Part shown: positions 1-10,074 of the stretch, in pieces
Layout: every line of letters starts with the position of its first letter
Numbering within the stretch: position 1 is the first letter of the stretch
NCBI RefSeq assembly: GCF_000317045.1
Contig: NC_019703.1
Span: 3,440,934 to 3,480,933 of the forward strand
Origin: Geitlerinema sp. PCC 7407
GTDB taxonomy: Bacteria; Cyanobacteriota; Cyanobacteriia; PCC-7407
Direction: 5' to 3'
Length of the DNA: 40,000 bases
Position numbers and translations under genes: made by a program
Notes under the pieces: generated by a model
Told to the model about the DNA's origin: nothing
The model's database searches: none
The model's input: the letters and a program-made list of their open reading frames with translations, nothing else

Positions 1-120
1 AACTACTGACTCAATTTTGTCCTGACGATCGCGAAAATTCTTCAGATCTGTTGCATTTTTTCTAAGTGAAACAACATGCGTAGCTAACTGGCTCAACTGT
101 TGACAATCGTCTACGAGCAT
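1..120 (-). CDS. 5' end of an unidentified gene continuing off the left edge (next gene of the helicase/ATPase operon)
   Basis: The minus-strand ATG at 120-118 overlaps the stop (113-111) of the 1032-aa gene by 10 nt. The frame stays open to position 1 (own translation: MLVDDCQQLSQLATHVVSLRKNATDLKNFRDRQDKIESVV...). It is too short for a family call. Confidence 0.3.
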   Translation of the reverse strand, partial: MLVDDCQQLSQLATHVVSLRKNATDLKNFRDRQDKIESVV

Positions 121-3100
121 GGTGATTCTCCTTTAATTTCATGCGCTAGTTGCTGAAGTTCCAGGAGCGATCGCTCAATCCCAATATAACTGGCTTCCAA
201 ATCCCCTGCTCCAGTACTTCTTAAGTCAGCCAAACTTTTTTGGGTCGATTCCGTCGATTTGTCTACCGCTTGTCTCGCAAGGTTCAGGAACCTGGAAATG
301 ATTTCAACAGGACGCTCACTTGCGCTACTCAAGTATTGGAAAAGAAGCCCTATCTCTTCAGTGTTCTGAATCTTTTTCATCAAATCCAGATAACCCTTCA
401 GCCTTGCATTCTCAAAATTTTTCATCGCTTCCATTAAGGCATCACGATTAGAAATACCAGGAATGCCTGCTCCTCTAACCTGGTCAATTGTTTTAGTAAG
501 GGACGCAACTACTTCTTTTTGTGAAAAGTCTTCACCTAGCTCATTAATAAGTTGCTGGTAAACATTGAGTTGGCGGTCGCGCTCTTCCCGAACAGCTTGC
601 TCCAAAAGCTCATCGATTGCCCTCCGGGTGTCACCAATCGCCTTAAATGGCTGGTCTGTGCTGGAATCTGAAACATCAACCTGAGGTTTCCATTCATCAG
701 CAACTGCCTTTAATGGAGAGACTAATTGTGCTGCATCAATCATTTGAAGTACAGCCCTCCCTCCTTTTGTACAAGGAATCCTTGCTTGCAAGATTTCTTG
801 TAGTTTGGGTTGATTCTTTTTCAAGGTATTAAACAGCTTCTGCCAATAATTGGCTCGGCTGCTAATCTCAACTTTTTCCAGATCAGTAAAAACAGCATTA
901 ATGCGATCCTCCAGGTTGTCCGTAGGACGACCCGCCATCCGACCAGCGATCGCCAGCAGCTCAACTACTGCGGGTACAGGATCCCAAGCTTGCCGGGTTC
1001 GAGTTGTACATTTTGGAATTTCATTTAAGACGAAATTGCTCCATTCCTCCAGTTTCCTCGCATAGATCCGGAAGAAGGTTGAGCCATCAGGAAACTTCCA
1101 ATGCTTATAGTGGTTGTAAAGCAGAATAGCTTGAAGAGCGATCGCTGTATCTCCGAGATCATCAGGCACTAAGGGAAGTAGCAGTTCAACATCTCTGACC
1201 TGTGAGGACGTTGCTGCATTGCGAAAATTAATATTACGTTGCTTAAACAGTTTGTCACTGAACTGATTACGCAGAAGCAATTCTGCGTCCCAATCAATCA
1301 TTGCCTCAATGGCTGGAAAGAGCCTACGTCGTAAATCATCTGCTACATTTTGCGGTAGTTGTGTGCCATTTCGCCATTGATCAAGTGCTTGGAGTTGTTC
1401 CTCCAAACCCGTAGGTAGAGTAACTGAATCTGTCTGGTCAAGTATTGGTAGTTTAGCAACGTTCGTAGAAGTTGCTGTAGTCTCTTTTGCGCGTGTTGCA
1501 GTGCTTGTAGTAGGTAGAGAAATTGGAGTGGAAATTTCCTGCTGTTGAATTCCTAAGGCTGGAAGATCAAACGCTGTATGAATTTCAGGGGCAAGGTCAT
1601 GGAGCTTATTGCCATCAGTCCAGAGATTCAGTAGGGCTTCACGGCGACGAGCATTTTCAGCAGTATCTCTGCTCTCAATTTCTCGAATTAGCATCGCACT
1701 GAGTGTACTGCCTCTAAAATGATCCAGCAGAAGCGGAGAAGGAAAACGACCTAGCTTAAGGTCGGAACCATGATACTCAAGTGTATAGCGCAGAACATCT
1801 TTAATCAGAATTCGGGGATTGAAAACGCCTGGATTGGCTCGATCGCGCATCCGCTCAATGGCTTTAGCACTGAAAGGGTATAGCCCCATACCATCCACTT
1901 GCCCAAACCCGTTATGACATGGAGTCCGATAGTCACAATCCATGCAGGCACTAGGAATTGGATTCCGAGGCTCACCTGTTTCCTCTTCTGCATCTTCCAT
2001 CCATGTCTGGATTTCTTGGTTGCCCAACCGAACTGCATTCAAGTACCGCACTGCCAACTGCTGAACATCTGCTTGAGTAACCAGAGACTGATCACCGACC
2101 GCTTCGATATCCAAATTCACGCTAAAGTCAGTCCGTGTTCGGACTGTATCAATCAAGCCCTGGAAATAACCAGTGGTACAAGCGAGGGCTGTCCGCATTG
2201 GACATAGAGCCACCCCTTCAATCTGCTGTGGACGAGCTAAAACAGCTTCCAAAACTTCTCGATCAATTCCCTGTAACTTGGCAAAGTCTTCAATGAGTAG
2301 AATTAGCTCAACTCCCTGACGGGCTAAAGCTCGGCGCACGTCTAACATCAGTTGCTGTAAATCTTCTCGCCCCAGATTCAGGACTTTGGCAACTGCCTCA
2401 TCCAGGTGCTCATTCAGCCAATCTACAGATGCTTGTTGAACTTCATCATCACCAACAAGGAGTGCGTAGAAGGACCGTGCGGCTGCGCTTGCTTTATCGA
2501 TATCTCGAATGTCGCGAGGTAAATCCTCCACAGAAAATTGTCTTCTTTCCTCCACAATTTCAACGGAGTCACGATGCCCTAGTACATGTATTATGAGTTT
2601 GTGAATGATGCCTTCTTCTCTTAACCAATGTTCTCGGAAATAAGGATCAAAAAGCAGTGCTGGCAACGAATCAATTAAACCATTCTGGGTAAAGGAAAGT
2701 CGATTACGGTCATGTTTTCCACTTGGTCCAACCGCAATCGCTAGATTAGCCAAAAGCTGTTCACGAGCTTCAGCTTCACTAAGTGTATTGGTAGCTTGCC
2801 GAAGGCGGTTCCGATACTCGTCAAATTCAGATCCCTCAAGTCCAGTTAAGATACGTTCAATAATGTCTCTTAGGTTAGTGCCGACCTTAGGAATCAACAG
2901 CACTCGATAATGAGGCTCTTGGCGAATACTGCGGATTCGGGTATTCAACCATCGGATCAAATGAGATTTTCCTGTACCCGAAGTTCCCAACACTGGAACA
3001 AAAGCAAAATCTGGGGTTTCCAGAAAATCCTTCAGAAACTTCTCCTCATCATATGGCACTTTAGATTGAGCTTCGGTTAGAGGTTGGCGATACATCTTAA

Positions 3101-3209
3101 TTGGGTGATGGGTCGCCAAAAAGATGTGATCTTCTGGTTGAGTGGCTTCTACATCCATTACTTTACGAACCATATCTGGATGCCAGCATACATACTTACT
3201 GAAAGTCAT
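111..3209 (-). CDS. Large P-loop NTPase of unknown family (DpdH-like by position only)
   Basis: 1032-aa ORF. Walker A GTSGTGKSH at aa 75-83 and a Walker-B-like strand ELILLIEDF at aa 301-309. ATGA start/stop overlap with the upstream 310-aa gene at 3206-3209. The size and its place after an SNF2 helicase, a DEAH helicase and a ~300-aa gene match my recollection of dpdE-F-G-H order; this is not verified. Confidence 0.6.
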   Translation of the reverse strand: MTFSKYVCWHPDMVRKVMDVEATQPEDHIFLATHHPIKMYRQPLTEAQSKVPYDEEKFLKDFLETPDFAFVPVLGTSGTGKSHLIRWLNTRIRSIRQEPHYRVLLIPKVGTNLRDIIERILTGLEGSEFDEYRNRLRQATNTLSEAEAREQLLANLAIAVGPSGKHDRNRLSFTQNGLIDSLPALLFDPYFREHWLREEGIIHKLIIHVLGHRDSVEIVEERRQFSVEDLPRDIRDIDKASAAARSFYALLVGDDEVQQASVDWLNEHLDEAVAKVLNLGREDLQQLMLDVRRALARQGVELILLIEDFAKLQGIDREVLEAVLARPQQIEGVALCPMRTALACTTGYFQGLIDTVRTRTDFSVNLDIEAVGDQSLVTQADVQQLAVRYLNAVRLGNQEIQTWMEDAEEETGEPRNPIPSACMDCDYRTPCHNGFGQVDGMGLYPFSAKAIERMRDRANPGVFNPRILIKDVLRYTLEYHGSDLKLGRFPSPLLLDHFRGSTLSAMLIREIESRDTAENARRREALLNLWTDGNKLHDLAPEIHTAFDLPALGIQQQEISTPISLPTTSTATRAKETTATSTNVAKLPILDQTDSVTLPTGLEEQLQALDQWRNGTQLPQNVADDLRRRLFPAIEAMIDWDAELLLRNQFSDKLFKQRNINFRNAATSSQVRDVELLLPLVPDDLGDTAIALQAILLYNHYKHWKFPDGSTFFRIYARKLEEWSNFVLNEIPKCTTRTRQAWDPVPAVVELLAIAGRMAGRPTDNLEDRINAVFTDLEKVEISSRANYWQKLFNTLKKNQPKLQEILQARIPCTKGGRAVLQMIDAAQLVSPLKAVADEWKPQVDVSDSSTDQPFKAIGDTRRAIDELLEQAVREERDRQLNVYQQLINELGEDFSQKEVVASLTKTIDQVRGAGIPGISNRDALMEAMKNFENARLKGYLDLMKKIQNTEEIGLLFQYLSSASERPVEIISRFLNLARQAVDKSTESTQKSLADLRSTGAGDLEASYIGIERSLLELQQLAHEIKGESPCS

Positions 3210-4138
3210 TGCTGCTCTCCATGGAGATTGTCTCCTAACCAGGTGATATGAGAGATTCGACTATCAGAGCCATCTAGAAATACCCATACTGCTGTATCTG
3301 AAAGCTTGTCTAACTTTATTAGCCCTTCTTCTTCTATACGACGAAGTGAAACGGATGTGACACTTGAGAGATAGTTATGCTCACGTTGTCCAACTTTTTG
3401 CTCAATTTCGTCCCGAAAAGCTCCAGATTCAAAAACAGGACAATACCTGCCTAGATTCAAAATGAATTCATTAACGGGGATTAGCTCAGAATTCTTTTGC
3501 TTGAATACATCCTTGAGAACTTTTCTTAGATAGTTTGTAGGATCTGGAACAATAGCCTTCTTTCCTAAAACTGAATGTCTCCAGCCGAAGTTCAGGAAGC
3601 AGAACCAGTACTCAAACTGCCGAAGACGCTCGTCATTCAATTTGTATGTTTCACCATCACTTAGTCCCGATATCTGGATTGCACCTACTTGTTCACTGAA
3701 AGACTCCACCATACTTTCTGAATCGGTAGGCGCTTCAAATATATCCTGATGAAGATACCAGGCGCAAAGAATGGCTAGATCATGATTCTCATAATTATCT
3801 AAATTAAAGAAAAGTTGGCTGAGAACGGTTGGAAGAAACTCATCACCGAACTGAGGATTCTTGGCTTTAACGGGCAAGTTTGGATGAAGAGCGATATCCT
3901 CATTGTCTGAAATGAATAGCCCTGATTTTATTCCTTCGTTGATTGCAGCGCGAGCCATGGAATATCTATCTTTCTCAGGTTTGTCTTTGACAAAATAATC
4001 TGGAGAAAGAATCCTCTCCAAAGAAGATTTCTTCTCCCTTTGTCCTCTAGTATTTAGCAGGTATCTAAATACACCTCGAATTCTACTTGGTGTAGCTTCC
4101 ACATTCTTCAAAACACTCATAACCCTAATTCTCCACAA
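3206..4138 (-). CDS. Hypothetical protein (DpdG-like by position only)
   Basis: 310-aa ORF with no motif I recognise. It overlaps the upstream helicase gene by 22 nt and the downstream NTPase gene by 4 nt (ATGA), which implies translational coupling in one operon. Confidence 0.55.
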   Translation of the reverse strand: MWRIRVMSVLKNVEATPSRIRGVFRYLLNTRGQREKKSSLERILSPDYFVKDKPEKDRYSMARAAINEGIKSGLFISDNEDIALHPNLPVKAKNPQFGDEFLPTVLSQLFFNLDNYENHDLAILCAWYLHQDIFEAPTDSESMVESFSEQVGAIQISGLSDGETYKLNDERLRQFEYWFCFLNFGWRHSVLGKKAIVPDPTNYLRKVLKDVFKQKNSELIPVNEFILNLGRYCPVFESGAFRDEIEQKVGQREHNYLSSVTSVSLRRIEEEGLIKLDKLSDTAVWVFLDGSDSRISHITWLGDNLHGEQQ

Positions 4139-6651
4139 AGCAAATTTAGGCGAAAACTACGTCCAGTCCAAATATCCTGCAACTTTCGGTGTTTAGCATT
4201 GGGGTCAGGAATATCTTCAGGCAGGAACATAATGAGAGGAATACCTGATTTAAATGGCTGGTAATAGTGAGAAGGTAAAGCCTTGCCCTGGAGGTGATAA
4301 ATCAATGTGGGAACTTTCGGCATTTGCAATGGCTGATAATCTTCAAACAGAAAAACCAATAATTTGCTAAAAACTGTATGCATTGAAGGAGGAGCCACGA
4401 CGTTGAGAATACCTTCACGAATTAACCGTTGGAGAAGTTTGTTGCGATCGCGCGCTCCCTGTCTGCTCTCTGTTGCCTCATAAAAAATAGCGAGTATTGA
4501 CTCTCCTGCTAAAAGCTCCAAAAGCACTTCACCCAGCTGAAATCGCGCTTCTTGCCATACTGGAAGGGGAACTGGCATCACTCCTGAAAAAGGAACAATC
4601 TTCTGTTGGCGACAAAACGGGCAACCACCACAGGATCGTTCAACATGAACACGACGACGTGGTGGGGTGGAACGAGCGGGAATTTTGTATGCCTCTGCAA
4701 AAATCTCAGAAATGCAACGCTTGGATTGCAGCGCCTCTCGCATCAAATTCAGACTCCGACTAGCCCACTGCTGACGCTGATTACGAGCAGGTTCTACTCG
4801 CTCTTGCCAGGTTTCTGGTACCAGATGATAGTCATTGCGAATTTGAATCGTTCGTAAATTCCGATGTCGTGCGATCGCATCGCTAAAAGCCTCATCAGAA
4901 TCGAAAAGTGCCCGTTGCGGAGGCGCTTCTGCATCAATCTCAATCAAATTAGCCCGGCTCATCAAGGTAAGTGTTCGGATATTCCAGTCTTGGTTCCTTA
5001 CACTGGTTGAGTCGAGGTCAAGGTTGTAGGAAGGCCGGACATCGATTGGAACTTGAAACCGCCCATCTGGTAAAGTTATCTGCTTATCGAACATCGCTTG
5101 CCAGCGCATTCTGCCGCGATCGCTTGTAATGTAGGTTATTTCACTTAAAGCAGAAGCAACGTCAAAATCTGACCGAGTATAAAGCGTTAAGGAGAGGGTT
5201 GCTTTTCCATCTCGACCACCGCGTCCGACCTCTTGATAGAAGCGGTCGATTGTTTCTGGTACACACAAATGCACAACTGCACGAACGTCTGGCAAATCGA
5301 CTCCTAACCCAAAGGCAGAGGTAGCAACAACAATATCAATTCGTTGCTCTCGCCAGTCCTGTAAGAGCTGTAAACGCTCTTGTTGGTTGGATTTACCAGT
5401 CATCTTGGCGCAGCGATTGAAGCCTGCTGCTTTTAACTCTCGATGCCACTGGTCTACATCCGCGACCTTGCTACCGTAAAGAATCAGGGGGCGAGGAAGA
5501 TGATGCAGTGCTTCAATTAAGCGTTGTTTCCTTTCTGCCTCATTGACGCAATAGGCAAACCAAAAGGTTGGTTCCGGGCGCAGTTGGACTGATGAAACTA
5601 ACTGGAATGGTCCTGGTTGACCGAAGAGCGTCTCCAGGGTGTCTAGACAGGATTCAGTGACTGTTGCAGTAAGGAGCAGCGTTGGAAATACTGCTACTCC
5701 TTGCTGTTGGGCAACTCGCAATAAGTCTTTTCGCAAGCCTGCCAATTCCTGAAATTCAGGACGGAACTCATCTCCCCATTGCTCTACAATGTGAGCTTCG
5801 TCAATGACCAAATATCGAAGAAACCCCTGCCGTACTGCTTCATAAACACTGAATGCTAAAGACTCAATTAAGCCCTCTGGGGATGTAAATACAATCGGTT
5901 GAGTCCCTTGTCGGATGCGATCGCGGATTTCCTCGCGGCGCTCTTGTCCATCAACAGAAGCATCACTGTAATAGGCGGTTGCAAAATTAATCCCAGTTTT
6001 TTCTTGAAAGGCTCGCTCTTGATCAATGGCTAACGCTACGGTTGGGACGACGACCACTGTAACACCAACTGGTTTTGACTTTAACCATGCTGGTAGATGG
6101 GCACAGAGACTCTTGCCAGAGCCAGTGGGCAGATTAATCACCAGAGTTGATTGTGCTGGCGCGGTGAGAATTGAGCGAATTGCCTCTCGTTGTCCTGTAC
6201 TCTGATAAGTATTGAAACCTAATTCAGCTAGAAAGGGGTCGCCCCCTTCAGGTTGATAATTTCGGCGCACCACTTCCTGAAATAGAGGCACTTCAGGAGA
6301 TTGCTCTTCGGCTTCTGGCAACCAATCAGGTATCCAGGGGCGGGCACTCAAGAGAAAATACTCTGGTTGTTCATCTAGAATGTCCATACTACTCAATTCC
6401 CAAATCTGCCGAGATTTAGGAAAGGGTGCATTGCGAGGAACCTTTAGGATCGGAGAGTTCCCACCTTGTTGCTCAGCTTCTCGCCTCAAAACGTGACGGA
6501 CGAGCGCGGTTAGATCTCCTGGTGCTGGTGTATGGGAACTTGATGCTTGCAATGCTTTTAGCAGGCGACGCTGACAGGCTTCAGCGACATCATCAGTCCC
6601 TTCCATTGCAACAAAGATATTCAGAGCATCTTGAATGGTTTGGAAACTCAT
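4117..6651 (-). CDS. DEAD/DEAH-box superfamily-2 helicase, RecQ-like core (DpdF/DpdJ-like)
   Basis: 844-aa ORF. Motif I NLPTGSGKSL, motif II VIDEAHIV (DEAH), motif III LLTATVT, motif VI QEVGRGGRDG (compare RecQ QExGRAGRDG). C-terminal Cys cluster SCGGCPFC. ATGA overlap with the SNF2 gene at 6648-6651. Confidence 0.85.
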   Translation of the reverse strand: MSFQTIQDALNIFVAMEGTDDVAEACQRRLLKALQASSSHTPAPGDLTALVRHVLRREAEQQGGNSPILKVPRNAPFPKSRQIWELSSMDILDEQPEYFLLSARPWIPDWLPEAEEQSPEVPLFQEVVRRNYQPEGGDPFLAELGFNTYQSTGQREAIRSILTAPAQSTLVINLPTGSGKSLCAHLPAWLKSKPVGVTVVVVPTVALAIDQERAFQEKTGINFATAYYSDASVDGQERREEIRDRIRQGTQPIVFTSPEGLIESLAFSVYEAVRQGFLRYLVIDEAHIVEQWGDEFRPEFQELAGLRKDLLRVAQQQGVAVFPTLLLTATVTESCLDTLETLFGQPGPFQLVSSVQLRPEPTFWFAYCVNEAERKQRLIEALHHLPRPLILYGSKVADVDQWHRELKAAGFNRCAKMTGKSNQQERLQLLQDWREQRIDIVVATSAFGLGVDLPDVRAVVHLCVPETIDRFYQEVGRGGRDGKATLSLTLYTRSDFDVASALSEITYITSDRGRMRWQAMFDKQITLPDGRFQVPIDVRPSYNLDLDSTSVRNQDWNIRTLTLMSRANLIEIDAEAPPQRALFDSDEAFSDAIARHRNLRTIQIRNDYHLVPETWQERVEPARNQRQQWASRSLNLMREALQSKRCISEIFAEAYKIPARSTPPRRRVHVERSCGGCPFCRQQKIVPFSGVMPVPLPVWQEARFQLGEVLLELLAGESILAIFYEATESRQGARDRNKLLQRLIREGILNVVAPPSMHTVFSKLLVFLFEDYQPLQMPKVPTLIYHLQGKALPSHYYQPFKSGIPLIMFLPEDIPDPNAKHRKLQDIWTGRSFRLNLLCGELGL

Positions 6652-9600
6652 TGGGGTCGTGCCTCCCCATTGGGTAATTTCGGCAGTCGTCCAGAGACAA
6701 TGTAGAACCCGACAGAATCAAGACGAATCGCAGGAGTAAGAATCCCTTGAACGAAGATTTGACTTAGTGCTTTCTCCAGTTCATATTCTTGAGCCAGTAG
6801 AGAATCTGAGTGAGCTTGGGCTTGACGCTCTAGACGAAGGCGGAGTTGCTCCACTCGATCGCCCAACTTGCGCTTTGCCTGGGTTGCATACCGCTGACAG
6901 CGATCGCGGAACTGCTGCCGCTCTCGAAGAAGTTTTTCAGATCGGCTTCGAGTGCCTCGACAGAAATACTCCCAGTCATCTTGACTAATAAATTCATCTA
7001 AAACGAATGACCGATCCTTTGCCAGGTTGTAGTCTCGTGTTGGTTCTCTGTGTTGTGAGTACGGACGTTGAAGAATCTCTAATAACTTTGGATCTGTGAC
7101 TGGTTGCATTCCCGTAGTCATCACCAAAGTTTCTACTGAAGGTGGGAAGAGAGCATCAGTTCGACGAATCAGCGCTGTTCTATTCGACTGGGGCCAACCA
7201 TGACTTTGCAAGACTTCATCTAATTTAGACAGGTTTGTTTCTACAACATAATCGAACCGAAAGCCTACCCACTCTGCGCCTTCACTCGATGGCCAACTTT
7301 CCTCATGCCGCCAAAGGGCAAATGCTTGCCCCCGGTCATCCCAACGGACGAAATGAGCTAGTGCATCCAGAAGAGGATGCCCAATGCGGTAAACAGATAC
7401 TCCAGGCTGTTGAAGAGCCTTTCGTCGATTGTACGTTCCTGTTTCAGCAAAACTGCTTGAGAACAAGCTGTAGAGATCTTTGACTGGAACCAGTGTTTCT
7501 CGACGACCTTTCAGGCTAGGTCGGTAAGCAAAGATGTCATCAGAGTTCTGATCCTGTCCATCCTGGAATTCTCGCTTGAACTGCAATGCTTCATAAACCC
7601 AGCCTTCCACCGCTTGCTTAAGCTTTCGATGCTGAGAGTCATAATCCTCAAGTTCCTGGAAATACTGAGCAGCACTTTCTTCCAGCGCATCAATTTCGTC
7701 TAAAGCATTTTGCTCGTCAATACTGACCTTTTCTCTGTGAATCTCATCATGAACGATCGCAATGGATTGCTTTAACCCATAGGCACCAGATTCAAATAAT
7801 GCCTCAGCCAGATCAGGTAACTTGCGATCCACATAAAACTGAAGACTGGCGATAGACTCTTGAAAGATCTTGAAGCCGTCTTTCAAGACTTGAAACCAGG
7901 CATCGTGCAGACTATCTCCTACGTCCGCTCCCGCAAATACAACGTAATTCATTAATTGTCGCCGCCCAATGCGATTCATTCGACCGTGGCGCTGCTCTAA
8001 ACGATTGGGTGACCAAGGCAAGTCAAAATGAATCATCCAGTCAGCAAACTGTAAGTTGTGCCCCTCTTCTCCAGAGGCATCACACACCAGAACAAAGCAT
8101 CGAGGACTTTCTAGAAATTGGGTTGTATTAGCTTCAACCTCATCAATCGATTGTCCTACTTGGTAAGTTGCGATCGCCTCTTGTCCAAAAGCCTCTTTCA
8201 ACGGAGCCACAATCTTTTGACAGGTATAACTAAAACTGGTGAAAACAACTGCTTTGAACGGGCGATCACCATTTTTCGTTCTTAACGTTGTCAGCACCAC
8301 TTGTAATTGGTCAATGCGATCGCCAAACTCAGGTTGCTGCTGTAAGTTGTCTAACAGAGTTTGTAGAATATTACTTTCACCAGGAAAGAGAGGCGTTTTG
8401 AGAAACAACTCCGCTTCTTCACCAAAATCCTGAATCAGCGTTGGAGAAACACCACCACTTAGACGAGCAGAAATCAACTCCTGCAAAAGACCAAGCTCTG
8501 TCCCGCTAGCACGAAAAAGTAAAAGAAAGACGGCTCTGAGCTGCTGCCAGTCCTGATAATCAGGGTCATTCTTCATTCCCAAGGCGCGAACACGCCACTC
8601 ATCCAAATACTCGTGGACAATGAGCGATCGCTCATCTTCGTCATATTCAACTCTAGGAATCACACCCGATTGGTCAAGCAGTACATCCTCCAAACTCTCA
8701 CGGCGATTCCGCAGCATTCGTCGATGTAGACGGTAAGTATCACTAATATGAGTACGAATGGAACGAATTACCCTACTTTGTTCTTCAGAATCAACCTGTA
8801 GAGCTTGCAGGATGGTTTCTAGTTGATTCAACAGTAAAGATAAGCGCTCATCAGAGTTGAAGAGATTTTTGAGCTTACTCAAAGTCATCTTAAGAACGAA
8901 ACTTGAAGCATCCTCTTTGAAGGACAGCAATACCCGCCCGATGTCCTGACGTAATCGTACTCGCTCTTTGAAACCGTCCAGATCTTCAAGGCGGTAAGTC
9001 ATGGGGTCGAGCAAGTGCAGCATCGCCAGAAAAGCCTGTTCATGGTTTAGCGCGGGGGTAGCTGAAAGTAGTAGAACTTGCTTTGCTTGGTGGGCTAATT
9101 TTCTACAAAATTCAAAACATTCTCGCTGTGCTGAGTCCGGTGAAACTGCCATTCCTGCAATATGCTGAGCTTCATCCAGAACCAGAAAATCAGGTTGGAA
9201 TTGAATATGAGTAGAGCGGATGTCCTCAATCGTCAACCAGTCAATCTCTTCGGAGAGATAAAACTTGGCTTCGAGTTCCTGTTGCCACTGCTTCAGCAAA
9301 GGCTTCGGAGCAATTACCAGCACTCGTCCCGTTGGGTTATCCAACAGGTACTGCCGTAATATGACCCCTGCCTCAATCGTCTTGCCCAAACCAACTTCAT
9401 CGGCTAGAAGATACCGCTGAATAGAGTCTTCCAGCACGCGACGAACAACTTCGACCTGATGAGGATAAAGCTCGATGCTAGCAGAGAGCAATCCTGGCAT
9501 ACCACGACTAACAGCCCGCTGCTCAATTAAGCACCGAAAGAAATTAGAGCGGCGATCGTAGAAGAAAGGGGTTTCATGCCCTCTTAAGATAAGTACTTCC

Positions 9601-9938
9601 GTTGGGTCATCAATTGGGCGATTACAACGGACATGGATGTCTTGTTCAACGGCGTAGCAGAACTTCCCATCTGGCAAGTCAATTTCGTAGCGGCGATCGT
9701 CGTCATGCCACTTGTAAATCCTTCCAATCAGCCATGACTCTCTCTCCTCAGACCAGAGGTAGCAGCGGGTGTGCCGTTGAAGAATAACTCGTTCCAGTGA
9801 GCTGATCGGAACGGATTGCTGGATTCGCTCCCCTACTGATACAAAATATTCAATCTGAGCATCAGAATAAGAAATATCCTGAAGCCTCCCAGTTCCTAGA
9901 CTATTAAGACGTGAGCGAACTAGAATACCTGGTTGCAT
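6648..9938 (-). CDS. SNF2-family helicase/translocase (DpdE-like)
   Basis: 1096-aa ORF. SNF2 motifs LADEVGLGKTIEAG (I), LVLDEAQHIA (II), LLLSATPALN (III) and HFDLPWSPNRLEQRHGRMNRIGR (V-VI). Preceded by a 136-bp gap after dpdA. Confidence 0.85.
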   Translation of the reverse strand: MQPGILVRSRLNSLGTGRLQDISYSDAQIEYFVSVGERIQQSVPISSLERVILQRHTRCYLWSEERESWLIGRIYKWHDDDRRYEIDLPDGKFCYAVEQDIHVRCNRPIDDPTEVLILRGHETPFFYDRRSNFFRCLIEQRAVSRGMPGLLSASIELYPHQVEVVRRVLEDSIQRYLLADEVGLGKTIEAGVILRQYLLDNPTGRVLVIAPKPLLKQWQQELEAKFYLSEEIDWLTIEDIRSTHIQFQPDFLVLDEAQHIAGMAVSPDSAQRECFEFCRKLAHQAKQVLLLSATPALNHEQAFLAMLHLLDPMTYRLEDLDGFKERVRLRQDIGRVLLSFKEDASSFVLKMTLSKLKNLFNSDERLSLLLNQLETILQALQVDSEEQSRVIRSIRTHISDTYRLHRRMLRNRRESLEDVLLDQSGVIPRVEYDEDERSLIVHEYLDEWRVRALGMKNDPDYQDWQQLRAVFLLLFRASGTELGLLQELISARLSGGVSPTLIQDFGEEAELFLKTPLFPGESNILQTLLDNLQQQPEFGDRIDQLQVVLTTLRTKNGDRPFKAVVFTSFSYTCQKIVAPLKEAFGQEAIATYQVGQSIDEVEANTTQFLESPRCFVLVCDASGEEGHNLQFADWMIHFDLPWSPNRLEQRHGRMNRIGRRQLMNYVVFAGADVGDSLHDAWFQVLKDGFKIFQESIASLQFYVDRKLPDLAEALFESGAYGLKQSIAIVHDEIHREKVSIDEQNALDEIDALEESAAQYFQELEDYDSQHRKLKQAVEGWVYEALQFKREFQDGQDQNSDDIFAYRPSLKGRRETLVPVKDLYSLFSSSFAETGTYNRRKALQQPGVSVYRIGHPLLDALAHFVRWDDRGQAFALWRHEESWPSSEGAEWVGFRFDYVVETNLSKLDEVLQSHGWPQSNRTALIRRTDALFPPSVETLVMTTGMQPVTDPKLLEILQRPYSQHREPTRDYNLAKDRSFVLDEFISQDDWEYFCRGTRSRSEKLLRERQQFRDRCQRYATQAKRKLGDRVEQLRLRLERQAQAHSDSLLAQEYELEKALSQIFVQGILTPAIRLDSVGFYIVSGRLPKLPNGEARPQ

Positions 9939-10074
9939 GATCCTAGGTTTAAGCTGAGTCAGGCTATATAGATGCAGCCAAACTAGTATTCCCTTCCATA
10001 GAAGACATACTCACACCGATCACTATTGCTACAGCCGTTTACCTAGTATGACCAATTTCTCCTGAAGTGGCTAT